Shown here: piece by piece, positions 1 to 11,200 of the stretch
How the letters are laid out: each line of letters begins with the position of its first letter
Position numbering within the stretch: the first letter of the stretch is position 1
Source of the DNA: an uncultured cyanobacterium
GTDB lineage: Bacteria; Cyanobacteriota; Cyanobacteriia; Cyanobacteriales; Cyanobacteriaceae
DNA length: 64,000 nucleotides
Reading direction: 5' to 3'
Assembly: GCA_963710605.1 (NCBI GenBank)
Contig: CAVQBA010000004.1
Location: 64,001 to 128,000 of the forward strand
Notes under the pieces: model-generated
The model's input: the letters and a program-made list of their open reading frames with translations, nothing else
What the model was told of the DNA's origin: nothing
Databases searched by the model: none
Program-made: the position numbers and the translations under genes

Positions 1-47
1 TTGTAATACGAATAATGACCATATATTTTATCTAACCATTTTATACT

Positions 48-2681
48 TTATTCAAATATATCTAATTGATTCATTATTTCTTCGGTATTACTGTCACTAT
101 CGGGCTTTAACTTAGTAATATTTTTCCTTAAACCGATCGCTATTTTACTATGTTTTTCAATTTGCCCCATCACCTGTTTCGCCCTTGAAATAACTACCTT
201 TGGCAACCCTGCCAATCTTCCCGCCTCAATCCCATAAGATTTATCCGCACCACCTGGTTGCACCTCGTGTAAAAACACCAAATCATTATCTAACTCCTTC
301 ACCGTCACTTGATAATTAGCCACATTACCCAAAATAGAAGCCAACTCATTTAACTCGTGGTAATGAGTCGCAAAAATACTGCGAGACTGTATCTCAATGG
401 CTAAATATTCTGCTACCGCCCAAGCAATCGAAAGCCCATCAAAAGTAGCCGTACCTCTACCAATTTCATCTAGTAACACTAAAGATTTATCTGTAGCGTG
501 ATTGAGGATATTGGCTGTTTCGTTCATTTCCACCATAAAAGTAGATTGCCCTGTGGCGATGTCATCTACCGCACCAACACGAGTAAAAATTCGATCGCAG
601 ATTGCCAAAGTTGCGTTTTCGGCAGGAATAAAACTACCGATTTGAGCCATTAATTGTATCAATCCAACTTGTCTTAAATAACAACTTTTACCACTAGCAT
701 TTGGTCCTGTTAATACTACCAAATCGGGCATATTTTCGGCACCCAAGTTAGTAGAATTAGGCACAAACATTCCAAAACCTAATATTTTTTCGACGACAGG
801 ATGACGACCATTTTTGATTTGAATAACTCTTGCTTCGCTAATCTCAGGACGATTATAATCTTGATATACAGCTAACTCAGCTAAACCAGATAAAATATCC
901 ATTGCCGCCACTGCTTTCGCTATTTTTCTAATTTCTTGAGTTTTTTGGGCGACTAACGATCGTAATTCAGCAAAGATTAAATACTCTAATTTAGCAAGGT
1001 CATCTTTTGCATTTAATATACGACTTTCTTTTTCTTTTAACTCAGCAGTAATATATCTTTCTTCGTTAGTTAAAGTTTGTTTGCGTTTATAATTATCGGG
1101 TGCTAATTCAGATTTCGATCGAGGCATACTAATATAATAACCAAAGGTTTTGTTATACCCAACCTTCAGATTAGCCACCCCAACTCTTTCTCTTTCCGTC
1201 GTTTCTAAAGTCGCTAACCATTCCTTATCACTATCAATTACCCGACGCATCTCGTCTAATTGCTCGTCCACACCATCACGGATAATACCACCTTCTTTTA
1301 CCTGAATTGGCGGTAACTCCACTAACGAATCGATAACTTTTTTACCTAACTCTTCTAACTCAGGGGGTATATGTTGCAAGGCTTGAAAATAAGGTGCTTT
1401 TCCTTGCTTAGCCAACTCCGAAAGATAACTTAACCTTAGTAAAGAATCACCTAAATTAAGTAACTCCTTGGGATTAGCCGTACCCGCACCAACTCTACCC
1501 GATATTCTTTCTAAATCGTAAATACTTTTGAGGGTATCTCTAATTTCCTCTCGTAAAGGCAAATTTTCCATAAATTCAGCGATCGTATCTTGACGAGCAA
1601 TAATCGCTTTTTTACTGAGAAGTGGTTGCAATAACCATCTTCTTAACGACCTTCCCCCCATCGCCGTACAAGTTCGATCGACAGCCCACAATAATGAGCC
1701 ATAATAGCTACAATCTCTAACTGTTTGGGTAATTTCGAGGTTACGACGGGTTGTGTTGTCTAGGACTAAGTAATCAGCAATATTGTAACTGCGAATCGGT
1801 TGTAAAGGTACTTGATTAGCTTTTTGGGTATCTTGCACGTATTCTAATAATCCACCTGCGGCACGAATAGCTAAGGGTAAATTTTCGCAACCCGCACCTT
1901 CTAAAGATTTAAGCTGATATTCAGATAATAAGCGAGGTTTGGCATCATGTATGTCAAAGTTTTTTTGCGGACGAAGGGAGTAACAAAAGCAGTCGGGTAA
2001 AAAATCGGGAAGACGATCGTTTTTTTCTCCCGGACGTAATAAGCTATTAATATCGGGAGCATCAACGGGATACAAAATCTCAGCAGGTTGCAAACGTAGT
2101 AACTCAGTATTCAACGCTTCTAAGTCTTGATTTTGAGTAGTGAGAAATTCACCAGTAGAAATATCAGCATAAGCCAATCCCCAATGCTCTTTAGCAACTA
2201 CAATAGCCGCAAGGAAGTTGTTTTTACGAGAAGTAAGCATCTCATCATCGGTAATAGTGCCGGGAGTGAGGAGTTTAGTTATCGCTCTTTTGAGTATTCT
2301 TTTCTCCGCTTTAGCTATTGCCGAATCTTCTACTTGATCGCAAATGACCACTGCGTAACCTTTTTCAACTAATTGTCGAGCGTATTTATCAAGGGCATGA
2401 TGAGGCACACCTGTCATCGCTATTCTACCGACATTTACACCCGCATCTTTACTGGTAGTAACTAATTCTAACTCTTGAGCGATGGTAACGGCATCTTGGA
2501 AAAAGCACTCAAAAAAGTCACCAACTCTGTAGAGTAGTAGGGAGTTAGGATATTGCTCTTTTACTTCCACATAATGTTTGTACATGGGAGTTAAGTCTTC
2601 GGGTTTGATATTGCGATAGTCTTCGTGGGGTGCTTCTCTGGTGGCTTTATTTGATGCGGTTTCGCTCATTATCTCTCTCAT
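48..2681 (-). CDS. mutS: DNA mismatch repair protein MutS
   Basis: 877 aa; GDFFECF mismatch-binding motif, TGPNASGKS Walker A, STFMVEM, DEIGRGT, FATHYHEL. Confidence 0.98.
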   Translation of the reverse strand: MREIMSETASNKATREAPHEDYRNIKPEDLTPMYKHYVEVKEQYPNSLLLYRVGDFFECFFQDAVTIAQELELVTTSKDAGVNVGRIAMTGVPHHALDKYARQLVEKGYAVVICDQVEDSAIAKAEKRILKRAITKLLTPGTITDDEMLTSRKNNFLAAIVVAKEHWGLAYADISTGEFLTTQNQDLEALNTELLRLQPAEILYPVDAPDINSLLRPGEKNDRLPDFLPDCFCYSLRPQKNFDIHDAKPRLLSEYQLKSLEGAGCENLPLAIRAAGGLLEYVQDTQKANQVPLQPIRSYNIADYLVLDNTTRRNLEITQTVRDCSYYGSLLWAVDRTCTAMGGRSLRRWLLQPLLSKKAIIARQDTIAEFMENLPLREEIRDTLKSIYDLERISGRVGAGTANPKELLNLGDSLLRLSYLSELAKQGKAPYFQALQHIPPELEELGKKVIDSLVELPPIQVKEGGIIRDGVDEQLDEMRRVIDSDKEWLATLETTERERVGVANLKVGYNKTFGYYISMPRSKSELAPDNYKRKQTLTNEERYITAELKEKESRILNAKDDLAKLEYLIFAELRSLVAQKTQEIRKIAKAVAAMDILSGLAELAVYQDYNRPEISEARVIQIKNGRHPVVEKILGFGMFVPNSTNLGAENMPDLVVLTGPNASGKSCYLRQVGLIQLMAQIGSFIPAENATLAICDRIFTRVGAVDDIATGQSTFMVEMNETANILNHATDKSLVLLDEIGRGTATFDGLSIAWAVAEYLAIEIQSRSIFATHYHELNELASILGNVANYQVTVKELDNDLVFLHEVQPGGADKSYGIEAGRLAGLPKVVISRAKQVMGQIEKHSKIAIGLRKNITKLKPDSDSNTEEIMNQLDIFE

Positions 2682-2775
2682 TCCGATTGCTTCTACTATA
2701 CATATTATCAGTGAAGTTCTCGGAAATAATCAAGGGGAGGAAATTAAAGTATTGTAAATTCTTACTTTTATATTA

Positions 2776-2804
2776 GTAAGGGTTGAATATTATTCAACCC
2801 CTAC
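2776..2804. repeat. REP-like palindrome GTAAGGGTTGAATA-T-TATTCAACCCCTAC
   Basis: Near-perfect inverted repeat between mutS and the 3' end of the upstream gene; may act as a terminator or stabiliser hairpin. Confidence 0.6.
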
Positions 2805-2832
2805 AACTTTATTTGTAAATAATATCGATCGA

Positions 2833-3768
2833 TCACGATTGCAAATATTTATATATATTAAATTCTGATTTATAGTTAGACAAAATTAAATAATCAGAAG
2901 TTTCAAGTTGTCCAACAAAAACACATAATGTTTCATCCCAAAATGTAAAATTATATATTTTTATATTCCGACAATTATTGTCTAAAAACATTGCTACTTC
3001 GATATTGATTTCATCAAAATAAAAGGAAATATCTCCTTCAAGTATTTCAACACCTTCTAAGGAAAGCCAATGACTTCTACTTAATATTGTTTCCACAGTT
3101 TTTTGTCGATCGATTGATGAATAACATAAAATTTGATGTTGATATGATTGTCCATCTACATCTATTGTAATAGGAGAAAGTGTTTGCAGTATTTTTTCAA
3201 TTTTTACTTCAAAAGTAGAAATGCAATCTTGAGTTTTTTTAGGAATTACAACAGGCGATTCATCTACTGTAGGAAGGAATGGATGACAGGGGTACGTAGC
3301 AAAAATAGATAACCATTGATCATCATTCGTTTTACCAATAATTAATCCTGAACAATAAATACAATCGGGAAGATTTGAAACTCCAAAATAATCTAAAAAA
3401 TGTGTATTTTCTTCTGCTTCTGGTAAATCAAACTCAATTAAATATACTTGCAATTCCTTAAGGTTAAATTGTAACTGCTCTACTAAATATTGATATATTT
3501 TCTTTCTATTTTGTTGTTCTTCTGTGTCAAGATAATCGTATTTATCTTTATAGTAATCTAGGTAGTCAGCTAATAACATACCTCTATTTTCCATTGACTG
3601 CCAATTTTTTACAACTGATTCTAAATCTGTTTTTTCGAGAATATCTCTGCTTTCCATAAACTTAACAATGTCAAATTCACCTTGTTTGTCATAATCCCAA
3701 ATCATAGAATTACAATTACTATTTAATTGATACAATTCATCTAATATTTCTTTTGTCTTTTGCTTCAT
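2833..3768 (-). CDS. Nuclease A inhibitor (NuiA)-like protein, two tandem domains
   Basis: 311 aa; YQYLVEQLQFNLKELQVY...IIGKTNDDQWLSI and a second FLDNNCRNIKIY...VFVGQLETSDYLI resemble the NuiA pattern. Confidence 0.5.
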   Translation of the reverse strand: MKQKTKEILDELYQLNSNCNSMIWDYDKQGEFDIVKFMESRDILEKTDLESVVKNWQSMENRGMLLADYLDYYKDKYDYLDTEEQQNRKKIYQYLVEQLQFNLKELQVYLIEFDLPEAEENTHFLDYFGVSNLPDCIYCSGLIIGKTNDDQWLSIFATYPCHPFLPTVDESPVVIPKKTQDCISTFEVKIEKILQTLSPITIDVDGQSYQHQILCYSSIDRQKTVETILSRSHWLSLEGVEILEGDISFYFDEINIEVAMFLDNNCRNIKIYNFTFWDETLCVFVGQLETSDYLILSNYKSEFNIYKYLQS

Positions 3769-3876
3769 GATTTATCTTTAAATACACAAGTACTAAATCA
3801 ACTATAGTACAAAATTTCGTTGATTTCCATATAATTGAAAGTATTAAATAAAATAACGGCTTCAATAAAACAAACA

Positions 3877-4071
3877 ATGAATACTTACAAAGTCAACGCA
3901 TTTTAGGATGCTACAGCTAATATTTAGGTCAGCCAAAGCGTAATAATGCAATCGGTTTTGCAACCGAAGCGTTCGAATATTGATACTTTAACTACAAAAC
4001 TTCGTGTGATAATTCGGTGAGTTACTAACCTTAAATGACAAAGTGCGATCGTTTCTCAAGATACCCAAATC
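3877..4071 (+). pseudogene. Degenerate DUF1902/HicB-like gene, copy 1
   Basis: Nucleotide homology to 5801-6040 (ATGAATACTTACAAAGTCAACGCATT...ACCCAAATC) with stops and indels; 3' truncated. Confidence 0.85.
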
Positions 4072-4098
4072 GTATTTCTTACTAAATTAAAAATTTAA

Positions 4099-4314
4099 CT
4101 AAGCGGCTATTTCCACAAAACCGACTTTAGTTTGCGGTTGAGGAATTGTTTCACCTCTTTGGGCTAATACTTCTAGATAAAGTTCGATCGCTTCAATTAC
4201 ATTTTCTTTTACTTCTTCTAAAGTATCGCCTATACTGACACAACCTGGTAAATCAGGTACGATTGCACCCCAATTACTTTCTCCTTTTTCATATATAACG
4301 GCATATTGTTTCAT
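4099..4314 (-). CDS. hicB: HicB-family antitoxin
   Basis: 71 aa; WGAIVPDLPGCVSIGDTLEE..EAIELYLE; directly downstream of HicA. Confidence 0.92.
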   Translation of the reverse strand: MKQYAVIYEKGESNWGAIVPDLPGCVSIGDTLEEVKENVIEAIELYLEVLAQRGETIPQPQTKVGFVEIAA

Positions 4315-4506
4315 TTATTTATCTCCTAACTTAGCTTGTTTCCAAATTGAATTTAGTGTCCCTATTGGTATATCATTACTTGGTTTCCCCGGAACAACCA
4401 CAATACCCGATTTTATCTCATGGGCAAAGATGCGGTGACTTCCACGCATTCTAATTTGATACCATCCATCTTGTTTTAATTTTTTCAAGACATCTCTAAC
4501 TTTCAT
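4315..4506 (-). CDS. hicA: HicA-family mRNA interferase toxin
   Basis: 63 aa; LKQDGW..RMRGSHRIF..VVVPG..DIPIGTLNSIWKQA. Confidence 0.92.
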   Translation of the reverse strand: MKVRDVLKKLKQDGWYQIRMRGSHRIFAHEIKSGIVVVPGKPSNDIPIGTLNSIWKQAKLGDK

Positions 4507-4631
4507 TCATAAATTAAATTGTTACTTTCTTAATATTGTAATCAAAAATTATTATCATAACGATCGTAATCGAATAGAACATTAATGTTTATCTAGTAAA
4601 ATATTAAGTATAATTCTTGTCCAATGAAAAA

Positions 4632-4875
4632 ATGAATACTTACAAAGTCAACGCATTCAGGGATGATATAGCGAATGTATGGGTAGCAAAAGCGTGATGA
4701 TACGATCGGTTTAGCAACAGAAGCGTTCGAATATTGATACCTTAACCACAAAACTTTGTATTATGATTCGGTGAGTTACTAACCTTAAACGAAATTACCG
4801 ATCGTTTCTCAAGAAACCCAAATCAAATGGGAATTAATAACACATCATCAAGAATTAATTTCTATTGCTTCTTAA
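4632..4875 (+). pseudogene. Degenerate DUF1902/HicB-like gene, copy 2, followed by a HicA start stub
   Basis: Full-length homology to 5801-6040 including upstream sequence; frameshifted; followed by ATGACTAAATCT, matching the hicA start at 6041. Confidence 0.88.
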
Positions 4876-4980
4876 ATGACTAAATCTCTTACTTTAGAAT
4901 TAAAAAAGAAAAAATTAATATTTAGTAACTGTAATAAAATTACTAAAATTACTATACCACTAAGTACTATATAAAAAGTC

Positions 4981-5346
4981 ATGAAAAAGTTAATGACTAA
5001 ACATTTTTCAAAATGGCTGTTAAAACAAAAAATCTCTTATGATGAACTTAAAAAGAACTTAAGTGAGCTTAAACAAGGTAATTTTGAAGCTAATTTAGGA
5101 GGATATTTATACAAAAAAAGAATTCGATTTAAAAATCGGGGTAAAAGAGGTAGTGGCAGAATAATTATTTGTTATGAAAAAGAAAATCGAGCAATATATA
5201 TTTATGGTTTTGCTAAGAACGAAAAATCAAATCTTTCTAAAAAAGAATTAACTGCTTTTAAAGAATTAGCTAAAATTTTACTTAATCTTTCGGAAGCAGA
5301 ATTAGAAATAGCTATCAAAAATAAAGATTTTATTGAATTAAAATAA
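4981..5346 (+). CDS. RelE/ParE (HigB-like) toxin
   Basis: 121 aa; ANLGGYLYKKRI...GKRGSGRIII...YGFAKNEKSNL. Confidence 0.88.
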   Translation: MKKLMTKHFSKWLLKQKISYDELKKNLSELKQGNFEANLGGYLYKKRIRFKNRGKRGSGRIIICYEKENRAIYIYGFAKNEKSNLSKKELTAFKELAKILLNLSEAELEIAIKNKDFIELK

Positions 5347-5651
5347 TGAGAAAATCGATCGCAGAATCTATAACATCTACAGTTAGTGACTTACATAAAA
5401 GTGGACTAGTAGATGAAATTACTATGAAAAATATCCACAATCTTTGTCTTCCTGAAATTAAGGAGTATTCAGCCAAAGAAATTGTTGATATTAGAGAAAA
5501 ATATCGTTTAAGTCAAGCCGCTCTTGCAAGTATTTTTAATCTTAATGTCTCAACAGTACAAAAATGGGAACAAGGAAGTAAAAAACCGAGTAATGCTTCA
5601 CAAAAACTATTAGATATTATCGATCGTAAAGGTTTAGATGTTTTTATTTAA
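5346..5651 (+). CDS. XRE/HTH antitoxin (HigA-like)
   Basis: 101 aa; IREKYRLSQAALA..FNLNVSTVQKWEQGSKKPS; start overlaps toxin stop. Confidence 0.9.
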   Translation: MRKSIAESITSTVSDLHKSGLVDEITMKNIHNLCLPEIKEYSAKEIVDIREKYRLSQAALASIFNLNVSTVQKWEQGSKKPSNASQKLLDIIDRKGLDVFI

Positions 5652-5800
5652 ATGGGATTAATAGTAATTCTTTAAAAAAGTTATTGTCTATGTATATTTA
5701 TTCCGAAGCGACTAATTGTGATAATCACGATCGATCGAGCGAATAGAAAACTAATGTCGATCGACTAAAATATTAAGTATAATTCTTGTCCAATGAAAAA

Positions 5801-6040
5801 ATGAATACTTACAAAGTTAACGCATTTTGGGATGATATAGCGAATGTATGGGTAGCTACCAGTAATGATATAGCAGGTTTAGCAACAGAAGCAGAGAATA
5901 TTGATACCTTAACCACGAAACTTCGTATCATGATTCCTGAGTTACTTACTTTAAACGACATTATCGATCGAAATCAAGAGACCCAAATCAAATGGGAATT
6001 AATAACCCACCATCAAGAATTAATTTCCATTGCTTCTTAA
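5801..6040 (+). CDS. DUF1902 / HicB-like antitoxin, intact copy
   Basis: MNTYKVNAFWDDIANVWVATSNDIAGLATEAENIDTL..LRIMIPELL; ATG at 5801 preferred over the TTG at 5786. Confidence 0.85.
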   Translation: MNTYKVNAFWDDIANVWVATSNDIAGLATEAENIDTLTTKLRIMIPELLTLNDIIDRNQETQIKWELITHHQELISIAS

Positions 6041-6241
6041 ATGACTAAATCTTTTACGCCACGATTAAAAAAACTATTAAGCAAAAATGGTTTGTTTATT
6101 TTGAAAGACAAGGAAAAGGAGATCATGAAATTTGGTATAGTCCTTTAAATGATAAACGATTTGTTGTTGACAATAATATTAAATCTCGACACACGGCAAA
6201 TGCTATCTTTAAAACAAGCTGGTTTAGCTAAAGAATTTTGA
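6041..6241 (+). CDS. hicA: HicA-family toxin (two apparent frameshifts)
   Basis: Not in ORF track; joined frames read MTKSFTPRLKKLLSKNG..YFERQGKGDHEIWYSP..VVDNNIKSRHTANAI.LKQAGLAKEF*; breaks fall in T-runs. Confidence 0.8.
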
Positions 6242-6301
6242 TTGCAGTTAATTTGCGTGGTTAAAATTCTATTAAAGTATTAATATTTTACTTACATTTG
6301 A

Positions 6302-6532
6302 CTATATTTTTCCTTTCTCGGTGATACAGGAATGAGTAAACTTTTTGCTTGTAAATCTTCTTTTACTATTTATTTCCCAAACAACTTTTAATTCATCAAT
6401 AGCAGATGAGGGAGTATCGCTGAATGCAGAGATATTTGGCATTTCTACTAAATGAGCTAACCAATCTCCTTCCTCATCAACATAAAGATTAAGAGTGAAT
6501 CCATCAAAATCATAATTATTATTTACATTCAT
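6302..6532 (-). pseudogene. HicB-like antitoxin, frameshifted and truncated
   Basis: YVDEEGDWLAHLVEMPNISAFSDTPSSAIDEL; HicB-like continuation IVKEDLQAKSLLIPVSPRKE lies in another frame after an apparent AAAT duplication. Confidence 0.65.
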
Positions 6533-6630
6533 TTATCTAATTTCTTCTGATAATCAATAAATTGTTTTACCCGATTTACTTTTACTTTTTCATCTTTCTT
6601 CCGTTGAATGAGTAAAGAATTATTGTCCAT
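6531..6630 (-). pseudogene. C-terminal remnant of a HicA-like toxin
   Basis: Reads MDNNSLLIQRKKDEKVKVNRVKQFIDYQKKLDK*, with its stop overlapping the HicB start region; resembles HicA C-termini. Confidence 0.4.
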
Positions 6631-6800
6631 GACGATATATATTTATTCCGAAGCGATTAATTATTATAATAACGATCGTACCCATGAAAAAAGCCAGAAA
6701 AAAGATGAGTATCGGCTAGTAGTATTTATACAATCGTTCATTGAGTTTGAGAAAAAGTATAAAATAGAACTCTAGATTTCAACCATAATCGAGTTAAGTT

Positions 6801-7981
6801 GTGATGACACAGATAAAACAATTTACAACCATTATTTATCGTCTATCATTAGTTTTTTTAATTTTAGCAATCAATGGATGTACAGGTGGTAACAGTATAG
6901 AATCTCTTTTTGCTCCTAATTCAGAATTAGAATCTTCTGATTCGGGTGAAACTAAAAATGTTACAAGCGATCGAAACGATACCATGAAAAACAAAACCAG
7001 TTACCGACAGATTTTCCTAAAGATATACCAATTTATGAGTCTGCGGAATTAGTCTCGATCGATCGAGGTGATAGTACATGGTTATCAGACGATCCGATTA
7101 ATTTAGTTTCTAACTTTTATCAGCAACAATTAACCAAACAAGAATGGGAAATTACAACAGAGGAGGAAAACTTAATCGAAGCTCAAAAAGAATCTGATAA
7201 TAGGGTTTTAGATGTATCTTTTACTATCGAAAATGGTCAAACCAAATTTGTTGTTTCTCAAATAGAGAAATCATCCTCAGTTACTTCTAATTCACAAATT
7301 AAACCAAGTACGAAAAATAATAATACTAACAATCAATTACAGAATCAAGATTTACCAGCTAGTTTAGAGCAATTAGTCAAATTAGATATTCTTTCAATTC
7401 CTCAAGACAAAAAATTCAAACCTTACGACACTATTACTCGTCGTCAATATGCTCGATGGTTAGTAGAAACTAATAATCTTTTGTATGCTAATACAAAGAG
7501 TAAATTAATTCTTTTAGCTAAACCTAACAGTAAGCCAATTTTTACAGACGTGCCTAATAGCAATCGTGATTTTGAGGTAATTCAAGCTTTAGCCGAAGTT
7601 GGATTAATTCCTTCTAGCTTAACTCAAGATACAAATGCGATCGCATTCAACCCAGATAAATCCTTAACTAGAGAAGATTTAATTGCTTGGAAAGTACCTT
7701 TAGATTTTCGTCAAAAAATGCCAACTACTACATTAGATAGTATTCAACAAACATGGGGATTTCAAGATGCTAACAAAATAACATCATCAACATGGTCAGA
7801 ATTATATACAGATTGGCAAAACGGTGAAAACGCTAACATTAGAAAAGCCTTTGGTTATATAACTTTGTTTCAACCACAAAAACCTGTTACTTATGAAGAA
7901 GCGGCTGAAGTTTTAAGTAGCTTTGGTTATCAAACAGATGTTAGTTTATTAGCACAAGTCGAACCAGTAAACGCTAACTAA
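6801..7981 (+). CDS. S-layer homology (SLH) domain lipoprotein (frameshift near 7000)
   Basis: Lipobox-like LAINGC; LPTDFPKDIPIY; FKPYDTITRRQYARWL, FTDVP, FNPDKSLTRE, FQPQKPVT SLH motifs; merges ORFs 6801 and 7481. Confidence 0.85.
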
Positions 7982-8240
7982 TGTTTATGGAAGATTCAAA
8001 TCCTAGCAGAGAAATAATTATCAATTATTAATTCTCTTGACAAGTACATTAATTACTTTATCTGTCCTGCCTTAACTAAATTGAGTCAATCAAAAACTCA
8101 AGGATTAATTTATTGTTACTAATGTTTTTTAGTTGACTCGATCGTGATTTGGAGATGTTTGATAAGTAGATAGGGAAAAACAAAAGCTAGATAAATAGGT
8201 AGTATATTTCATTCAATCAAGATTGAAGAAAAATTAATTC

Positions 8241-11200
8241 TTAAACATTGGTATTAGCTAATCCAACAACCGCATCGTATTTAGGAGAACTTTGATTTAA
8301 CTCTTGGGTTAAACCCCAAGAACCAAATTTATTATCTTGTCTGACATCACTATATGCCACAAATTCTCCGCCACCAATTTCAAACCATTTTTGTAAATAT
8401 TCTTCATAGATTTCTCCCATACGAGGGTCACTATTGAATTTTTCAAACATTTTGATAACACTTGAATCTTGGTCTTTAGAAACTAAATGTTGACCACCTT
8501 CATAAGCAACCAAAGGAAACCATTTTGTTCTTTACTAATCTGGCTATATTCTTCAATACTATTAAAGGTTGCTTGTAATGCACCACCTTCTGGACTGTTA
8601 TCAAAGAAGCCACCTTGGGTTACTTCTTTGTATAATTTGTCAACTCCTCTATCAATATTTTCAGCCCATCTTCTTAGTCTTGTGTTGTTTTTATTGTTAC
8701 CAATATATCCACCAAAATAGGGAGCGATCGCAATTACATCAATACCATATTCTTCGTGAGATAAAGCTGTTCCACCAGCCCAATTATAATCAAGAATTTC
8801 TCTACCATATTCACTTCTTGCTGACCAAGAACCCATAACACCTAGCACACGTTCTTTGTCTTCAGCAAAAACATCGTCCCATATTTGGGTTACTTGAGTT
8901 GTTCTTCTGCTATACCAATCTTCCTTACTTATTCCTTCTAATTCAGCTTGATCTTCTACCCATCGTGCTTGTTGAAAACTTCCATTCCAAACTTCATTAG
9001 AATATTCTATATAAATGTCTAATTCTGAATCAAGATTCTCCTTAACATATTGAGCAAAATTCTGTACATATTCATCTGTTGCCAGATGAGGCATAGTAAA
9101 CCAAGGATTACTATCATTTTGATTGGCTAATTCAACCAGTACTTCAACAGGAACACCTCCTGATTTAAAATATGTGTAATCATCAATGGTAGTTCTATCT
9201 TCCCATTCACTTTGTTCAGAATTATTAGTTTCCATCCAATCCATAAAACGCAGAGTAGTAAAACTATCTATATTTCTAAGAAACTCAGAATTAAACATTT
9301 CTGGTTGCTGAAGATCAAATGCTTGCGTTTGATAAACATCTGCATATTCTTCAGGGACAATACGAATATTTCTTAGATAATTTCCTGTATTATTAGGATC
9401 GGTTTCGATTAAAGAAATTCTAACTAGATTTTCTGAAGATATGGTTTCAATTAAATCTTTTCCTAGTTCAGAAGAAGTTAATTCAGCACCTTCTGAATAA
9501 ATAAGTGTTCCTTCTCCTTCATATAAAACTACATATGCACCATGACTACGTCTATCAACTTTCATTACTGTAGTTACATATTTATAATCAACATTGTCTT
9601 CAGCAGTAGGCAAAGATTTTATCCAACCATTATCGTCTAAATCTAACAAGTCGTATTCTTTGGTATCAAAAGTACCGTTTGTTTGAGTAATCCATTTTCT
9701 TGATGTTTTAAAAATATCCAAGAAAGGATGTTGAGGTGAATAATAAGAAATACCATTAAGATTAACACCAATATCATAAGTAGGATTTTGAATTATAATC
9801 TCGACTGTGCCTGTATCTTTTCTCCCTTGATTATCAATGATTGTGTATTCGAAGCTATCTTGTCCGACGATATTACCATTAGGTACATACAATAATTGTC
9901 CATTTTCTTGAGTAACAACTCCGTTATATGGTTGTGTAAAGTTTTCTATTTGTATATCGGCAGTTGATGAATAAATATCATTATTTAAAACATCAAAAGT
10001 TTTAGAGATTCCTTTTTTTGTCACAATTTGATCATCAAAAACTACAGGGAAAGGATTATTCTTCGGGATTTCGGTGATGACAACATTATCGATTCCGACA
10101 TTAATTCGGTTGTTTCTACCCCATCAGTAAAAAATCTAATCCCAATATATTCGTAACCATTACCAAAATCTGACTAGCTGAGAAAAGGTTGAATAATCAA
10201 ATTGTTGACTAGCAATATTTCCAGTGTCTAGCAAAACCGAATATTCCATCGGTATGTCAGCCCTCCGAGGATTAGGAGCGTCAGTACCAGATACTCCCAT
10301 TCTAAAATCACCGTCAATACCATAAATTTGTAGTCTTAGAGTATTGTCATCATTACCTTGATTAATCGCATCAAAACTAATAAACTGTAAACCTTGATTT
10401 AAACTATTACTAGTAATTATTTGAGTTAAAGCACTTGCTCCTGTATTGTCGGCAGTGACGTTTTCTTGGCTTAAATTTTCAGACCATTTAGAATTACTAC
10501 TAACCAGCCATCCTTGATCAGCATTTCGCCAATCTGAATTTCCAACTTCGATCAAATCTGTTTGAGTAGAATTAAATTGACTATTCAAGACAATGTTTTG
10601 TAACTCTGGAGTTGGATCTGGAGTTGGGTCTGGAGTTGGGTCTGGAGTTGGATCTGGAGTTGTGTTTCTGAAGTTGGATCTGGAGTTGGGTCTGGAGTTG
10701 GGTCTGGAGTTGGATCTGGAGTTGGGTCTGGAGTTGGGTCTGAAGTTGGATTTGGAGTTGGGTCTGGAGTTGGATCTGGAGTTGGATCTGGAGTTGGATC
10801 TGGAGTTGGATCTGGAGTTGGATCTGGAGTTGGGTCTGGAGTTGGGTCTGGAGTTGGATTCGGAGTTGGGTCTGGAGTTGGGTCTGGAGTTGGATCTGGA
10901 GTTGGGTCTGGAGTTGGATCTGGAGCGACAATATCTGCGATTACAACGTTATCGATCGCCATGAATTCGCTTGCTTCTACCCCATTAGTAGAAAATCGAA
11001 TGCCAATATATTCATAACCACTACCAAAATCTACTTGATGAGAAAAGATTGAATAATCAAATTGTTGCTCGGCAATATTTCTAGTGTCTAATAAAACCGA
11101 ATATTCCATAGGTATGCTACTTTTTCGAGCGGTAGGATCATTCATATTAGACTGTCCTCCCATTCTAAAATCACCATTAATACCATACACTTGTAACCTT

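Noticed and set aside
10606-10925. Possible CRISPR array
   Set aside because: Contiguous 12-bp units with no spacers; no cas genes or spaced repeats seen in the window
10581-10964. ORFs with (LQTQ/LQIQ)n and (LELG/LELD)n repeats
   Set aside because: Alternative frames and strand of the PTPD linker repeat
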